Shown in pieces: positions 37,712 through 50,523 of a stretch of 64,000 nucleotides of DNA (within the stretch, counting starts at the first letter, position 1; each line of letters begins with the position of its first letter). Source of the stretch: Eledone cirrhosa (lineage: Eukaryota); NCBI GenBank assembly GCA_964016885.1, contig OZ024740.1:218364001-218428000 (forward strand), written 5' to 3'. Position numbers and translations under genes: made by a program. The notes under the pieces were generated by a model, which was not told the origin of the DNA, did no database searches, and worked only from the letters and a program-made list of their open reading frames with translations.

Positions 37712-37975
37712 ATACATACATACATACATACATACATACATACATACATACATACATACATACGAGGATCGACTGAAAAGTTCATAGGCTGACTGAAAGA
37801 GTAATGATAGAGCTGTGAAATCATGCATGCATTAATTTTAACTCTTTTTATCAACAACTGCATTGTTTCTTTCCAGGGACTATGTTGAAAAATAAACCTC
37901 AATTGGTCAGCTAACCCTCATATATATATATATATTTATATATATATATATATATACGCGGGTTAGCTGAAAAGT

Positions 37976-38007
<32 letters not shown>

Positions 38008-38102
38008 TGTATATATATGTATATATATATATATGTATATATATGTATATATATATATATGTATATATATGTATATATATGTATATATATGTATATATAT
38101 GT

Positions 38103-38200
<98 letters not shown>

Positions 38201-40846
38201 GTGAGTTTTACCAACAGGTCACGGGGGTAGCCATGGGTACAAGAATGGGCCCAAACTATGCCAACCTTTTTGTTGGCCATGTTGAGGCCCAAATCTTTGC
38301 CCAGTACACCGGCCCCACACTCGAACTGTACGGTCGTTACATCGACGACTGTATCGGAGCCACGACCCCCACCCGAGAACAGCTCGACTCCTTTCTCTCC
38401 TTCTTCTGCTCCTTCCACCCCTCCCTCCACTTCACCACCTCTATCTCCACAACACACGTCCACTTCTTAGACATCACCGTCGCCTTCGACCCCTCCCACC
38501 ACCCCCTCATCACCTCCGCCTTCTTCAAACCCACCGACTCCCACTCCTACCTCGACTTCACCTCTTCCCACACACACTAAACACTCTATTCTCTACTCCC
38601 AACTCCTCAGGATCCGCCGCCTCTGTAGCCGAGATGCTGACTTTGAGTCCCAGGCCCTTTCCCTAGTCAGCCATTTCATCCGCAGAGGTTACCCCCCTCT
38701 CTCGTCCACACCGCTCTCACCCGCGCCCGTGCTGTCCACCGCTCCACCACCCTCACCCCACGCCACCGCACACCCACCCACCGTCTCCCCTTCCCTATCA
38801 CCTACCACCCCTCCACCATACCCCTCCACCGCACCATCCTCCGCCTCTTCCGACGCCTCCAGTCCAACCCCTCCACCTCCCACATCTTCCCAGCCCCACC
38901 AGTCCCCTCCTTCAAACGCGCACGCAATCGCACCCTCCTCGTCCTCAGCTCCCTACCCCCCAACCCACGCTCTCTTTCCCCCCGGTTCCTTTCCCTGTTC
39001 TAGGCCCCGCTGCAACACCTGTCCCCACATCACCAACACCACCACCTTCCAGGGTCCCAACGGCCAATCTCTCTCTGTCCGGCATGCCTTCCGCTGCACC
39101 TCCTCCAACCTAGTCTACCGACTTACGTCGGACAGACTGGACGTCGCCTGGCGGACAGATTTACTGAGCACCTCCGGGATATTCTTCTCGGTGGTAGTTC
39201 CCCCATGGCCCGCCACTTTGGCGCCCCTGGACATTCCGCACACCACCTCACAGTCTGTGGCCTACTCCAGTGTCACGGAACACCCGCCACTCTCCTCAGG
39301 GACGAACAACGAACCATCTTCACCCTACAGACACACACTCCCCCCGGCCTGAACTCTCCACCCTTATTCCTTTAGCCTTCGACCGCCCCCCTCCCCCCAC
39401 ACATATCCCCCACTAACACCACTAACACACCACTCCTTTTCACCGCCCACCCCACAACTAACAATACTAACACATCCCTCCTTGCTTTTCCTTCCCCCCC
39501 TCCTTATCACACGCACACACCCACCGGTACATATATACACGCGCTCACACTAAACACACACCCTACTACCACCACTAACCCTCACTCCCACACATCCACC
39601 CCACCACCCCGCAACTAACATCACTAACACCCCCTGACCCCAAGCACACGAACACACACACCCACTTACACCACCCACTCTACACACCCTACCACCACTG
39701 ACCCCCACTCACACCCGCATTCAACCCTTTCTCCACCTCCAGTATACTAACACCCACTAACACCCCCTTCACCACACACACACTCATCCAAACACGCACA
39801 CACACACCAGTACACTACACTCCCTCCATCGGGCCCCACACCCTTCTCTCCCGCTCCACCCACACCCTTTCTCAAACACACACACATCCCACTAATACCT
39901 CTACTAATACACACACACACCCTCCTCACTCCAACTTTCACACCTACCCAGCCTCCCCTGTCCACCGCACCTCCGCACACACTGACACACCGACTTTCTT
40001 CACTTACCATTCTACCCTACTGCTGCTATGCCTCTCTGACCACCTCCCCGCACACACAGACACACAACCCTCCTCCTGCCCTCACTCTCTGACCACTTCC
40101 TGTTACGCGCGCACCCCACATCTCCCCTCTTCCGACCAATCTCTTCACGGATTACACATATGTGAACCTTGATCCCGACAATCTATCGCATCCCAATGAT
40201 TTTACTCAGCATTCCACCACATCCCTTTACAGAATTACCTTTACGACTCATCCCGGACAAACACCCAAAAATTTTTTTTTCCCCACACGCCACCTACATC
40301 CACAACACGCATAAACACCACACACACACGTGCGTACCACCACATATTTACACATTCAACCTTCGGAACCCTCTCCCCCCACCCCTCTATCCACACACGC
40401 ACACACACTCCGACCTACACCCCACCCACACACACCTCTTCCTGAACATGCAACCCCGTTCTTCCCCCAACCCTTGCTTTCACATACACACACACCACCT
40501 TCTGCCCTCCCCGCTCGGACACCCCGTCTCCCTCTCCCCACTCCACCCGCCACCACCCCTACACGCCCCACACCCTTCCACCACCTGTTTCACTCCATTT
40601 TAATTTTATTTTGATCATGCCTTTATTTTTAATTTCATTTGTATCGTTTCCTCTCACCCCCTTTTTGCTATATGTCTCTCCACCACTCCCCTACACACCA
40701 TTGGAACTCTCTTCCCACACACTTTTCACCTGAAGAAGGGCTTATGCCCGAAACGTCGTTCCCCACCACCACCCCACTCTCGAGCGTGAAACTAATAAAC
40801 CTTTGTTCGTAGTGCCTCTCTGTTTTGTTCCCGTTCAATTTTTGAC
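38201..40846 (+). mobile_element. 5'-truncated Neptune-like Penelope element in (TA)n
   Basis: [41 protein letters not shown], Cys linker PCSRPRCNTCPHI and GIY-YIG remnant NLVY../YVGQTGRRL. Frameshifted, with stop at 39375, a long C-rich 3' region, an HHR and a terminus in (TA)n. Confidence 0.88.
40727..40760 (+). ncRNA. Minimal PLE-type hammerhead ribozyme
   Basis: cac CTGAAGA(40730-36) a gggc-ttat-gccc GAAA(40750-53) cg TC gtt. Helix III is the palindrome ACGT; helix I is only 2 bp. Confidence 0.7.
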
Positions 40847-40895
<49 letters not shown>

Positions 40896-40936
40896 GTATA
40901 TATATATGTATATATATATGTATATATATATATATG

Positions 40937-40981
<45 letters not shown>

Positions 40982-41028
40982 GTATATATATATATATGTA
41001 TATATATATGTATATATATATGTATATA

Positions 41029-41083
<55 letters not shown>

Positions 41084-41303
41084 CGTTTCTGAATTTGTTT
41101 AGCAAGATTCTTTATCTGAAATCGTGTGTTGAAACCGATATTGTTATACTTTGGGAGGGTCATGTTGCCAATAAGAAACACACGCACCAGTTGCTTTCAC
41201 TTCAATTTATTATATATTTATAAATTTATAAATTTACAAATCTACAAACTTATAAATTTCTGGTTGGTTGGTTGGTTCCACAACCAGATAGTTGTTTATA
41301 TAT

Positions 41304-41348
41304 AGTCATAGTCCTTTCGTCACACACTCTGTGACCTCTTCATTGACT
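41304..41348 (-). ncRNA. PLE hammerhead ribozyme (C3>A variant)
   Basis: Minus: agtca ATGAAGA g gtcaca-gagtg-tgtgac GAAA ggac TA tgact. Confidence 0.7.
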
Positions 41349-41561
41349 GGGGATTCCTTGCTTTGTTTCTGTGCCTTTCCTTTCTTCTGTCCTACGCCAT
41401 TTTGTTTCTGTGTGTGTGTTGTGTGCTCAGTTTGCGCATGCGCCACATCCGGGTGTCTGTGTGTGTTTGTGTTCATTTATCTATTTGTTTATTTATTTAT
41501 TTATTTATTTACATGTTGGTTGGTTGTTTGTTCTATGTGTGTGTGTGTTTTCATTTTGTCC

Positions 41562-43310
41562 TTAATTGTAAGTTGTGATGTTGCTGTTCCACTCATATTT
41601 TCTATTTAATTTTGGTTGTAATTCTTTTATGCTTACTGCCTCTGTAATTTGCCTAAACATTGCATCTTTTCTGTGTGTGGATTCTATTTTTATTTCTATG
41701 TTCTCTAATTTACCCTTGTGTTCTATCTTAGCATGTTGGTAGAGCACAGATGATTCTTTATTATCTTGAAGGTCTCGCCAGTGTTCATTTATTCGTTCCC
41801 CTATACTACGAGCTGTCTCACCTATGTACACTATATTTTTGTTTCTACATTGTCCTTCAGTACATCTTATGCTATACACTACATTTCTAGTGTTACAGTT
41901 AATATGGGGGCTTATTTTACAGGTTATACATTTCTTGTCTATACATGCGGGTCTTTGGAACGGGTATGTCTTGCTAATAAGTGTTTTTACGGAGGTACCA
42001 GGTCTTTCTACTATCTTAATATTGAGTTTATGTTTATTTAGGGCCCTTCTAAATTTGTAGACTAGTTCGCCTCTAGGGGTTGTATTGATGAACATTACAC
42101 TCTGGTATTTATTGCTATCATACCATGAGTTTATTCTATTGGCCTTGTTCCTAGTTCTTTCTATTCTATTCCAAAATTTGCTCCTATACAAGGGGCAGGT
42201 CCCATTTATATCATTATTTACCATTTTTTCCCATTTGGTTCTGGCTCCTCTATACACTCTGATTCTATCTCTCTGATTGTAACCAGAGAACTGCATACGG
42301 TGGATGAAGTGTTGTATGTGTCTCTCTAGTTCTTCGGGGCTGCACATGCGGGACACATTTCTCATCACCCGTACCAAATCCGCAATCAGTATGTTGATTT
42401 TGGTATGGTCCGAAATGGCCGAGTTTCGGTGGATCAGATGTTTGGAAGTCATGGGTTTGGCATAATGGGAATGGAGGATTTGTTTTTGGTTGTTAATGGT
42501 ATCTAACCAGAGCTCTGTGTCTAGTACAGGTAATCGATGGTTGGGGTGTCTACTTGGGTAGTCTATAGTAACTCTAATGCTCTGGTGGATGGAGTTTGCT
42601 ATTTGCTGGATGCTTTCCATTGTGTTTTTCTCTAGTTCCTGACTGTTCTTTAGTGGGGGTGTCTTAACTACGATGTTTATATCATCTACGTAGCGGGAGT
42701 ACATTATCAGGGTTAAGCTGTCTTCTAATTGTTCTTTAAGTTTTTGTTTAAGTCTACTGTCCCACCATACCATGAATAAGTTAGCTATGTCGCCTGCAAT
42801 GCTAACACCAATGGCTGCTCCTTCCTCTTGGGCATATGTTTTACCATTAAATTTGAACATATGTTCCTTAAGGGTTAATTTTATGCTGGCCCCTACCGCA
42901 TGTGCAATCATTTTCTTCAGTTCATCGTGGTTTTCGGGTGTCCGTATGGCTCTGGTCCACCCGTTCCATCTATCTGTGTGGGTTTTCTTGGCCATTGAGG
43001 TAATGGTAGGTGGTCTGCCTCTTGCTGGTCTTGTAGGGCACAGGTTGCTAAGGTCATAAGTGTCTAGGTAACTATTACTATGGGTAAGCTTAAGTAGAAG
43101 TCCCAGCTCACTGGTATCAATCCCACGGAACTCAACCTTGCTCTCGATGATCATTTCTACGCATTGCTCCACAGCAAAATCCACGTCAATAGATGGATAC
43201 AGGGACACAACATCCATACTGCCTATTATGCAGTTTGTTAGGTCCCCAGATCGGTTACTCACGCCGATTCTGCTGAGGAGGTCCTCCGTGCTGTCACATA
43301 CATCTCGGCG
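41562..43310 (-). CDS. PLE reverse transcriptase + GIY-YIG endonuclease (N-terminally truncated)
   Basis: GSMDVVSLYPSI, QEEGAAIG, YSRYVDD, LPVLD, CIDKKCITC linker, NVVYSIRC..YIGETARSIGERINEH, RQITEA, LNRKYEW. The first ~32 aa of the tracked ORF come from the inverted junction. Confidence 0.9.
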   Translation of the reverse strand, partial: RRDVCDSTEDLLSRIGVSNRSGDLTNCIIGSMDVVSLYPSIDVDFAVEQCVEMIIESKVEFRGIDTSELGLLLKLTHSNSYLDTYDLSNLCPTRPARGRPPTITSMAKKTHTDRWNGWTRAIRTPENHDELKKMIAHAVGASIKLTLKEHMFKFNGKTYAQEEGAAIGVSIAGDIANLFMVWWDSRLKQKLKEQLEDSLTLIMYSRYVDDINIVVKTPPLKNSQELEKNTMESIQQIANSIHQSIRVTIDYPSRHPNHRLPVLDTELWLDTINNQKQILHSHYAKPMTSKHLIHRNSAISDHTKINILIADLVRVMRNVSRMCSPEELERHIQHFIHRMQFSGYNQRDRIRVYRGARTKWEKMVNNDINGTCPLYRSKFWNRIERTRNKANRINSWYDSNKYQSVMFINTTPRGELVYKFRRALNKHKLNIKIVERPGTSVKTLISKTYPFQRPACIDKKCITCKISPHINCNTRNVVYSIRCTEGQCRNKNIVYIGETARSIGERINEHWRDLQDNKESSVLYQHAKIEHKGKLENIEIKIESTHRKDAMFRQITEAVSIKELQPKLNRKYEWNSNITTYN

Positions 43311-43826
43311 TGAGTAACCGATCTGGGGACCTAACAAACTGCATAATAGGAAGTATGGATGTTGTAGTATAGGGAACGAATAAATGAACACTGGCGAGAC
43401 CTTCAAGATAATAAAGAATCATCTGTGCTCTACCAACATGCTAAGATAGAACACAAGGGTAAATTAGAGAACATAGAAATAAAAATAGAATCCACACACA
43501 GAAAAGATGCAATGTTTAGGCAAATTACAGAGGCAGTAAGCATAAAAGAATTACAACCAAAATTAAATAGAAAATATGAGTGGAACAGCAACATCACAAC
43601 TTACAATTAAGGACAAAATGAAAACACACACACACATAGAACAAACAACCAACCAACAACATGTAAATAAGTAAATAAATAAATAAACAAATAGATAAAT
43701 GAACACAAACACACACAGACACCCGGATGTGGCGCATGCGCAAACTGAGCACACAACACACACACAGAAACAAAATGGCGTAGGACAGAAGAAAGGAAAG
43801 GCACAGAAACAAAGAAAGGAATCCCC

Positions 43827-43871
43827 AGTCACTGAAGAGGTCACAGAGTGTGTGACGAAAGGACTGTGACT
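43827..43871 (+). ncRNA. PLE hammerhead ribozyme (cleavage-site H17>G variant)
   Basis: agtca CTGAAGA g gtcaca-gagtg-tgtgac GAAA ggac TG tgact. Confidence 0.7.
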
Positions 43872-44172
43872 ATATATCAACAACTATCTGGTTGTGGAAC
43901 CAACCAACCAACCAGAAATTTATAAGTTTGTAGATTTGTAAATTTATAAATTTATAAATATATAATAAATTGAAGTGAAAGCAACTGGTGCGTGTGTTTC
44001 TTATTGGCAACATGACCCGCCCAAAGTATAACAATATCGGTTTCAACACACGATTTCAGATAAAGAATCTTGCTAAACTGGAGTTGCGACCGATAGATAG
44101 TATTAGCAATTGGAAAGACCAATGGAAACATTGTTTCCTCGGTCCGATTTGACGAAAGTCGATCGACTGTCG

Positions 44173-44203
<31 letters not shown>

Positions 44204-44209
44204 AATGTA

Positions 44210-44260
<51 letters not shown>

Positions 44261-44283
44261 GTATCTATATATATATATGTATG

Positions 44284-44352
<69 letters not shown>

Positions 44353-44361
44353 GTATCTATA

Positions 44362-44392
<31 letters not shown>

Positions 44393-44401
44393 GTATCTAT
44401 A

Positions 44402-44548
<147 letters not shown>

Positions 44549-44645
44549 CTATATATATATATATATATATATATGTATCTATATATATATATATATATAT
44601 GTATCTATATATATATATATATATATGTATCTATATATATGTATA

Positions 44646-44694
<49 letters not shown>

Positions 44695-44722
44695 ATCTAT
44701 ATATATGTATATATATATATGT

Positions 44723-44753
<31 letters not shown>

Positions 44754-45132
44754 TATCTATATATATGTATCTATATATATGTATCTATATATATGTATAT
44801 ATATATATATATGTATGTATATATATATATGTATATATATGTATATATATGTATATATATGTATATATATATATGTATATTTCGGTATATATGTATATAT
44901 ATATATGTATATATATATATGTATATATATGTATATATATATATGTATATATATGTATATTTCGGTATGCCTGACCGATTTAACTCACTCAATATGGTAT
45001 ATATATGTATATATATATATGGTATATATATGTATATATATATATGTATATATATATATGTATATATATGTATATATATATATGTATATATATGTATATT
45101 TCGGTATGCCTGACCGATTTAACTCACTCAAT

Positions 45133-45140
45133 ATGCAAAT
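45133..45140 (+). promoter_or_regulatory. Octamer motif ATGCAAAT (one per unit)
   Basis: Exact octamer 88 nt upstream of the HHR core, retained in diverged relatives at 29042 and 1251 (-). Function is inference. Confidence 0.45.
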
Positions 45141-45189
45141 TAGGCTGCTCAGCCGTTAATTTTCATAAGGAAAGTATATACTTTCGAAC

Positions 45190-45276
45190 GTTCAACTATC
45201 TGGCAGATGGGTAAACGGTGCTGATGATAGCTAACAAGCTTGAAACTAGTACATCGTTCCTGTGCCAGTGTTGAAC
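45190..45276 (+). ncRNA. Type I hammerhead ribozyme with extended helix I (first of six copies)
   Basis: gttcaac..ctggca..aacggtg CTGATGA t agct-aaca-agct t GAAA ctag TA| catcgtt..tgccag.gttgaac. Helix I is 7 bp plus 6-bp and 7-bp extensions; helix III is the palindrome ACTAGT. Predicted cut after 45251 (GUA). Confidence 0.88.
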
Positions 45277-45418
45277 AAAAAGGTGACGTGGTTGCCTTAA
45301 CACCGTATGGCATAAATACAGGCTGTTCAGTTTGTTGACAAACGAACAAAGCAAGCGCTATAATAAGCGTCTGCTAAACTGATGCGTGCATATATGTATG
45401 TGTACCTGCATGTATGTA

Positions 45419-45458
<40 letters not shown>

Positions 45459-45904
45459 TGCTACTGTACGTCTGTATACATATATGTATGTACGTATACA
45501 TACATACTTACATTTAAGTAAGTGCCATACTAAGAGTGAGAAATGAAATTTCGTTTTTCGTTTTCATTTTTTTCAACTTATCGTTTTCGGTATGCCTGAC
45601 CGATTTAACTCACTCAATATGCAAATTAGGCTGCTCAGCCGTTAATTTTCATAAGGAAAGTATATACTTTCGAACGTTCAACTATCTGGCAGATGGGTAA
45701 ACGGTGCTGATGATAGCTAACAAGCTTGAAACTAGTACATCGTTCCTGTGCCAGTGTTGAACAAAAAGGTGACGTGGTTGCCTTAACACCGTATGGCATA
45801 AATACAGGCTGTTCAGTTTGTTGACAAACGAACAAAGCAAGCGCTATAATAAGCGTCTGCTAAACTGATGCGTGCATATATGTATGTGTACCTGCATGTA
45901 TGTA

Positions 45905-45944
<40 letters not shown>

Positions 45945-46866
45945 TGCTACTGTACGTCTGTATACATATATGTATGTACGTATACATACATACTTACATT
46001 TAAGTAAGTGCCATACTAAGAGTGAGAAATGAAATTTCGTTTTTCGTTTTCATTTTTTTCAACTTATCGTTTTCGGTATGCCTGACCGATTTAACTCACT
46101 CAATATGCAAATTAGGCTGCTCAGCCGTTAATTTTCATAAGGAAAGTATATACTTTCGAACGTTCAACTATCTGGCAGATGGGTAAACGGTGCTGATGAT
46201 AGCTAACAAGCTTGAAACTAGTACATCGTTCCTGTGCCAGTGTTGAACAAAAAGGTGACGTGGTTGCCTTAACACCGTATGGCATAAATACAGGCTGTTC
46301 AGTTTGTTGACAAACGAACAAAGCAAGCGCTATAATAAGCGTCTGCTAAACTGATGCGTGCATATATGTATGTGTACCTGCATGTATGTATATATGTGTA
46401 TATATATATATATATATGCATGCTACTGTACGTCTGTATACATATATGTATGTACGTATACATACATACTTACATTTAAGTAAGTGCCATACTAAGAGTG
46501 AGAAATGAAATTTCGTTTTTCGTTTTCATTTTTTTCAACTTATCGTTTTCGGTATGCCTGACCGATTTAACTCACTCAATATGCAAATTAGGCTGCTCAG
46601 CCGTTAATTTTCATAAGGAAAGTATATACTTTCGAACGTTCAACTATCTGGCAGATGGGTAAACGGTGCTGATGATAGCTAACAAGCTTGAAACTAGTAC
46701 ATCGTTCCTGTGCCAGTGTTGAACAAAAAGGTGACGTGGTTGCCTTAACACCGTATGGCATAAATACAGGCTGTTCAGTTTGTTGACAAACGAACAAAGC
46801 AAGCGCTATAATAAGCGTCTGCTAAACTGATGCGTGCATATATGTATGTGTACCTGCATGTATGTA

Positions 46867-46906
<40 letters not shown>

Positions 46907-47352
46907 TGCTACTGTACGTCTGTATACATATATGTATGTACGTATACATACATACTTACATTTAAGTAAGTGCCATACTAAGAGTGAGAAATGAAATTTC
47001 GTTTTTCGTTTTCATTTTTTTCAACTTATCGTTTTCGGTATGCCTGACCGATTTAACTCACTCAATATGCAAATTAGGCTGCTCAGCCGTTAATTTTCAT
47101 AAGGAAAGTATATACTTTCGAACGTTCAACTATCTGGCAGATGGGTAAACGGTGCTGATGATAGCTAACAAGCTTGAAACTAGTACATCGTTCCTGTGCC
47201 AGTGTTGAACAAAAAGGTGACGTGGTTGCCTTAACACCGTATGGCATAAATACAGGCTGTTCAGTTTGTTGACAAACGAACAAAGCAAGCGCTATAATAA
47301 GCGTCTGCTAAACTGATGCGTGCATATATGTATGTGTACCTGCATGTATGTA

Positions 47353-47392
<40 letters not shown>

Positions 47393-47838
47393 TGCTACTG
47401 TACGTCTGTATACATATATGTATGTACGTATACATACATACTTACATTTAAGCAAGTGCCATACTAAGAGTGAGAAATGAAATTTCGTTTTTCGTTTTCA
47501 TTTTTTTCAACTTATCGTTTTCGGTATGCCTGACCGATTTAACTCACTCAATATGCAAATTAGGCTGCTCAGCCGTTAATTTTCATAAGGAAAGTATATA
47601 CTTTCGAACGTTCAACTATCTGGCAGATGGGTAAACGGTGCTGATGATAGCTAACAAGCTTGAAACTAGTACATCGTTCCTGTGCCAGTGTTGAACAAAA
47701 AGGTGACGTGGTTGCCTTAACACCGTATGGCATAAATACAGGCTGTTCAGTTTGTTGACAAACGAACAAAGCAAGCGCTATAATAAGCGTCTGCTAAACT
47801 GATGCGTGCATATATGTATGTGTACCTGCATGTATGTA

Positions 47839-47878
<40 letters not shown>

Positions 47879-47998
47879 TGCTACTGTACGTCTGTATACA
47901 TATATGTATGTACGTATACATACATACTTACATTTAAGTAAGTGCCATACTAAGAGTGAGAAATGAAATTTCGTTTTTCGTTTTCATTTTTTTCAACT

Positions 47999-48063
<65 letters not shown>

Positions 48064-48064
48064 G

Positions 48065-48397
<333 letters not shown>

Positions 48398-48449
48398 GTA
48401 TATATAAATATATATTATTATTATGTAATAAACAACATAAGGCAATTAT

Positions 48450-48507
48450 TCCATTTACCAGTGGTTTCTTAAAAGCAAAAGGTTTTGCTTTCAATCCTCA
48501 GAATGAA
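48450..48507 (-). ncRNA. Type I hammerhead ribozyme
   Basis: Minus: ttcatt CTGAGGA ttgaaagcaaaa-cc-ttttgcttttaa GAAA cc-act-gg TA aatgga. The 3' flank is shared with 31720-31757. Confidence 0.82.
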
Positions 48508-48508
48508 A

Positions 48509-48570
48509 AATCCTGGTTTGTTTATTGAATATGGATTCTAGAATCCATATTCAATAAACAAACCAGGATT
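48509..48570. repeat. Perfect 62-bp loopless palindrome
   Basis: aatcctggtttgtttattgaatatggattct|agaatccatattcaataaacaaaccaggatt. Confidence 0.9.
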
Positions 48571-48613
48571 GGCAACATGACCCTCCCAAAGTATAACAAT
48601 ATATATATATATG

Positions 48614-48645
<32 letters not shown>

Positions 48646-48802
48646 CTGTATATACAACAAAGAGGGTGTGATAAGATACCAGCCGGACCAAAACGTACCA
48701 GAGTACTCGATACTTGGGGTAGGGTATTACTGTAGGTAATATGAAAGGATTCAGGACCCCAACTGCTGATCTCCGGAGCTCAGCCGTCGGGGTCCTGAAT
48801 CT

Positions 48803-48882
<80 letters not shown>

Positions 48883-49043
48883 ACACACATATATATATAT
48901 ATATAATTCATTAGATGTATGTACCCTAGTCTAAACTTGACAGTTGAACTTTCATGTAATGAAGTACTACATCCTACTTCCATGAAATATCCATTACTAT
49001 GTCTTACCGGTCATTTTACTAGTAACTTATCACACACACATGA

Positions 49044-49074
<31 letters not shown>

Positions 49075-49226
49075 CATATATATATATACATATATATTTG
49101 TATATATATCTATATACATATTTATATATATATATGTGTGTATGTTTACATATATTTATATATATATATGTGTGTATGTTTACATATATATATATATACG
49201 TATATACATACATTTAACTATGTATG

Positions 49227-49298
<72 letters not shown>

Positions 49299-49482
49299 CT
49301 ATATATATAGGAACCTGACCCGTCACCGTACGATACATGTGTATCGTACGGTGACGGGTCAAGTTCCTATTACCCACTCTACTCCCCTGAGTATTGAGTA
49401 CCTTGGTGCGTTATGGTCCACCTGGTTCCTTACCACTTTTCCTTCGTTATCTATATATATATATATGTGTATATATATATAT

Positions 49483-49762
49483 ATTGTTATACTTGTGCAG
49501 GGTCATATTATAATAATATTGCCAGAAATAATAACAGAACACACTCACTGTTTGGTTGGTTCCGTATCTTTTATATCTCTTTTATATCGCTTCCGTATTT
49601 TTCATATATCTTTTATATCTCTTTTATATCGCTTCCGTATTTTTCATATATCTTTTATATCTCTTTTATATCGCTTCCGTATCTTTTATATCTCCATAGT
49701 TAATTCATTTGGTCCTAAATCTTTATCATTGACTGACCAACAGTCAAAAATACAGATATAAA
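49483..49762 (-). repeat. Solo PLE 3' terminus with internal ~38-bp triplication
   Basis: Similar to 1743-1920 (ttgccagaa.taataacagaacacactcact.tttggttgg). The unit atatctcttttatatcgcttccgta occurs three times. Confidence 0.65.
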
Positions 49763-49805
<43 letters not shown>

Positions 49806-50258
49806 ATGTACATACATAGGAAGTTCGGCTGAAAAGTTCATAGGGTGATCAAGATACTCTCACTGAATGACCAAACGAGGTTTATTTTTCATTCAACATA
49901 TTCCCTGGAAATAAAAACAATGTCAGTTATTAATAATTATTAAAAATTATTATTAATAAGAGTTGAAATTAATACATTAAAGATTCCACAGCTCTAACAT
50001 CACTCCTTCATTGTCAGCCTATGAAAATTTCAGCCCAACCTTGTACATAGATATACACACGCACACACAGATATGTAGCTCTCCTTTGGAATGTTAGTGT
50101 AGTTATGAAGTCATCAAATTGCGTTGTGTTGTGTCGATTGGTGCAACACGGCCGGTTTTCTACAAGTAGAACGCTATTCTTTATAATCTATAAATAAAGA
50201 TGCGTGTATGAATGTATACATTTACATGCGTGAATTTCAGCATATATACATGTGTTTT

Positions 50259-50291
<33 letters not shown>

Positions 50292-50523
50292 ATGTATATA
50301 TACATGTGAGTGTATACATATGTGTGTCTGTGTGTGTATATAAATATATATATATACGTGTGTGTATACATGTATGTGTGTGTGTGTGTGTGTAAATATA
50401 TATGTTTATATATATACGTGTGTTTGTGTGTATACATACATGTATATATGTGTGTGCGTATATATATATATATATTTATATACATGTGTGTGTATATACA
50501 TATATGCATATATATATATATGT

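Larger units (their letters stand above)
41083..44077 (-). mobile_element. 5'-truncated Penelope-like element with inverted 5' copy of its 3' ~710 bp
   Basis: Uninterrupted RT + GIY-YIG frame. 43363-44077 is the reverse complement of about 41098-41807, and 43312-43363 is a short inverted copy of about 43208-43260. Confidence 0.92.
45099..47999 (+). repeat. Head-to-tail array of six ~486-bp non-coding units, each with a hammerhead ribozyme (retrozyme-like)
   Basis: Periods are 486, 486, 476, 486, 486. Units look identical except for (TA)n length and one SNP near 47453. CTGATGA cores at 45221, 45707, 46193, 46669, 47155 and 47641. Flanked by long (TA)n-rich tracts. Confidence 0.92.

Noticed and set aside
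43311-43406. N-terminus of the tracked 614-aa PLE ORF
   Set aside because: Derived from inverted junction fragments; not the native start.
45149-45349. 66-aa ORF repeated six times on the minus strand
   Set aside because: Non-ATG start, no recognisable domain, antisense to the ribozyme; its recurrence merely reflects the tandem array.
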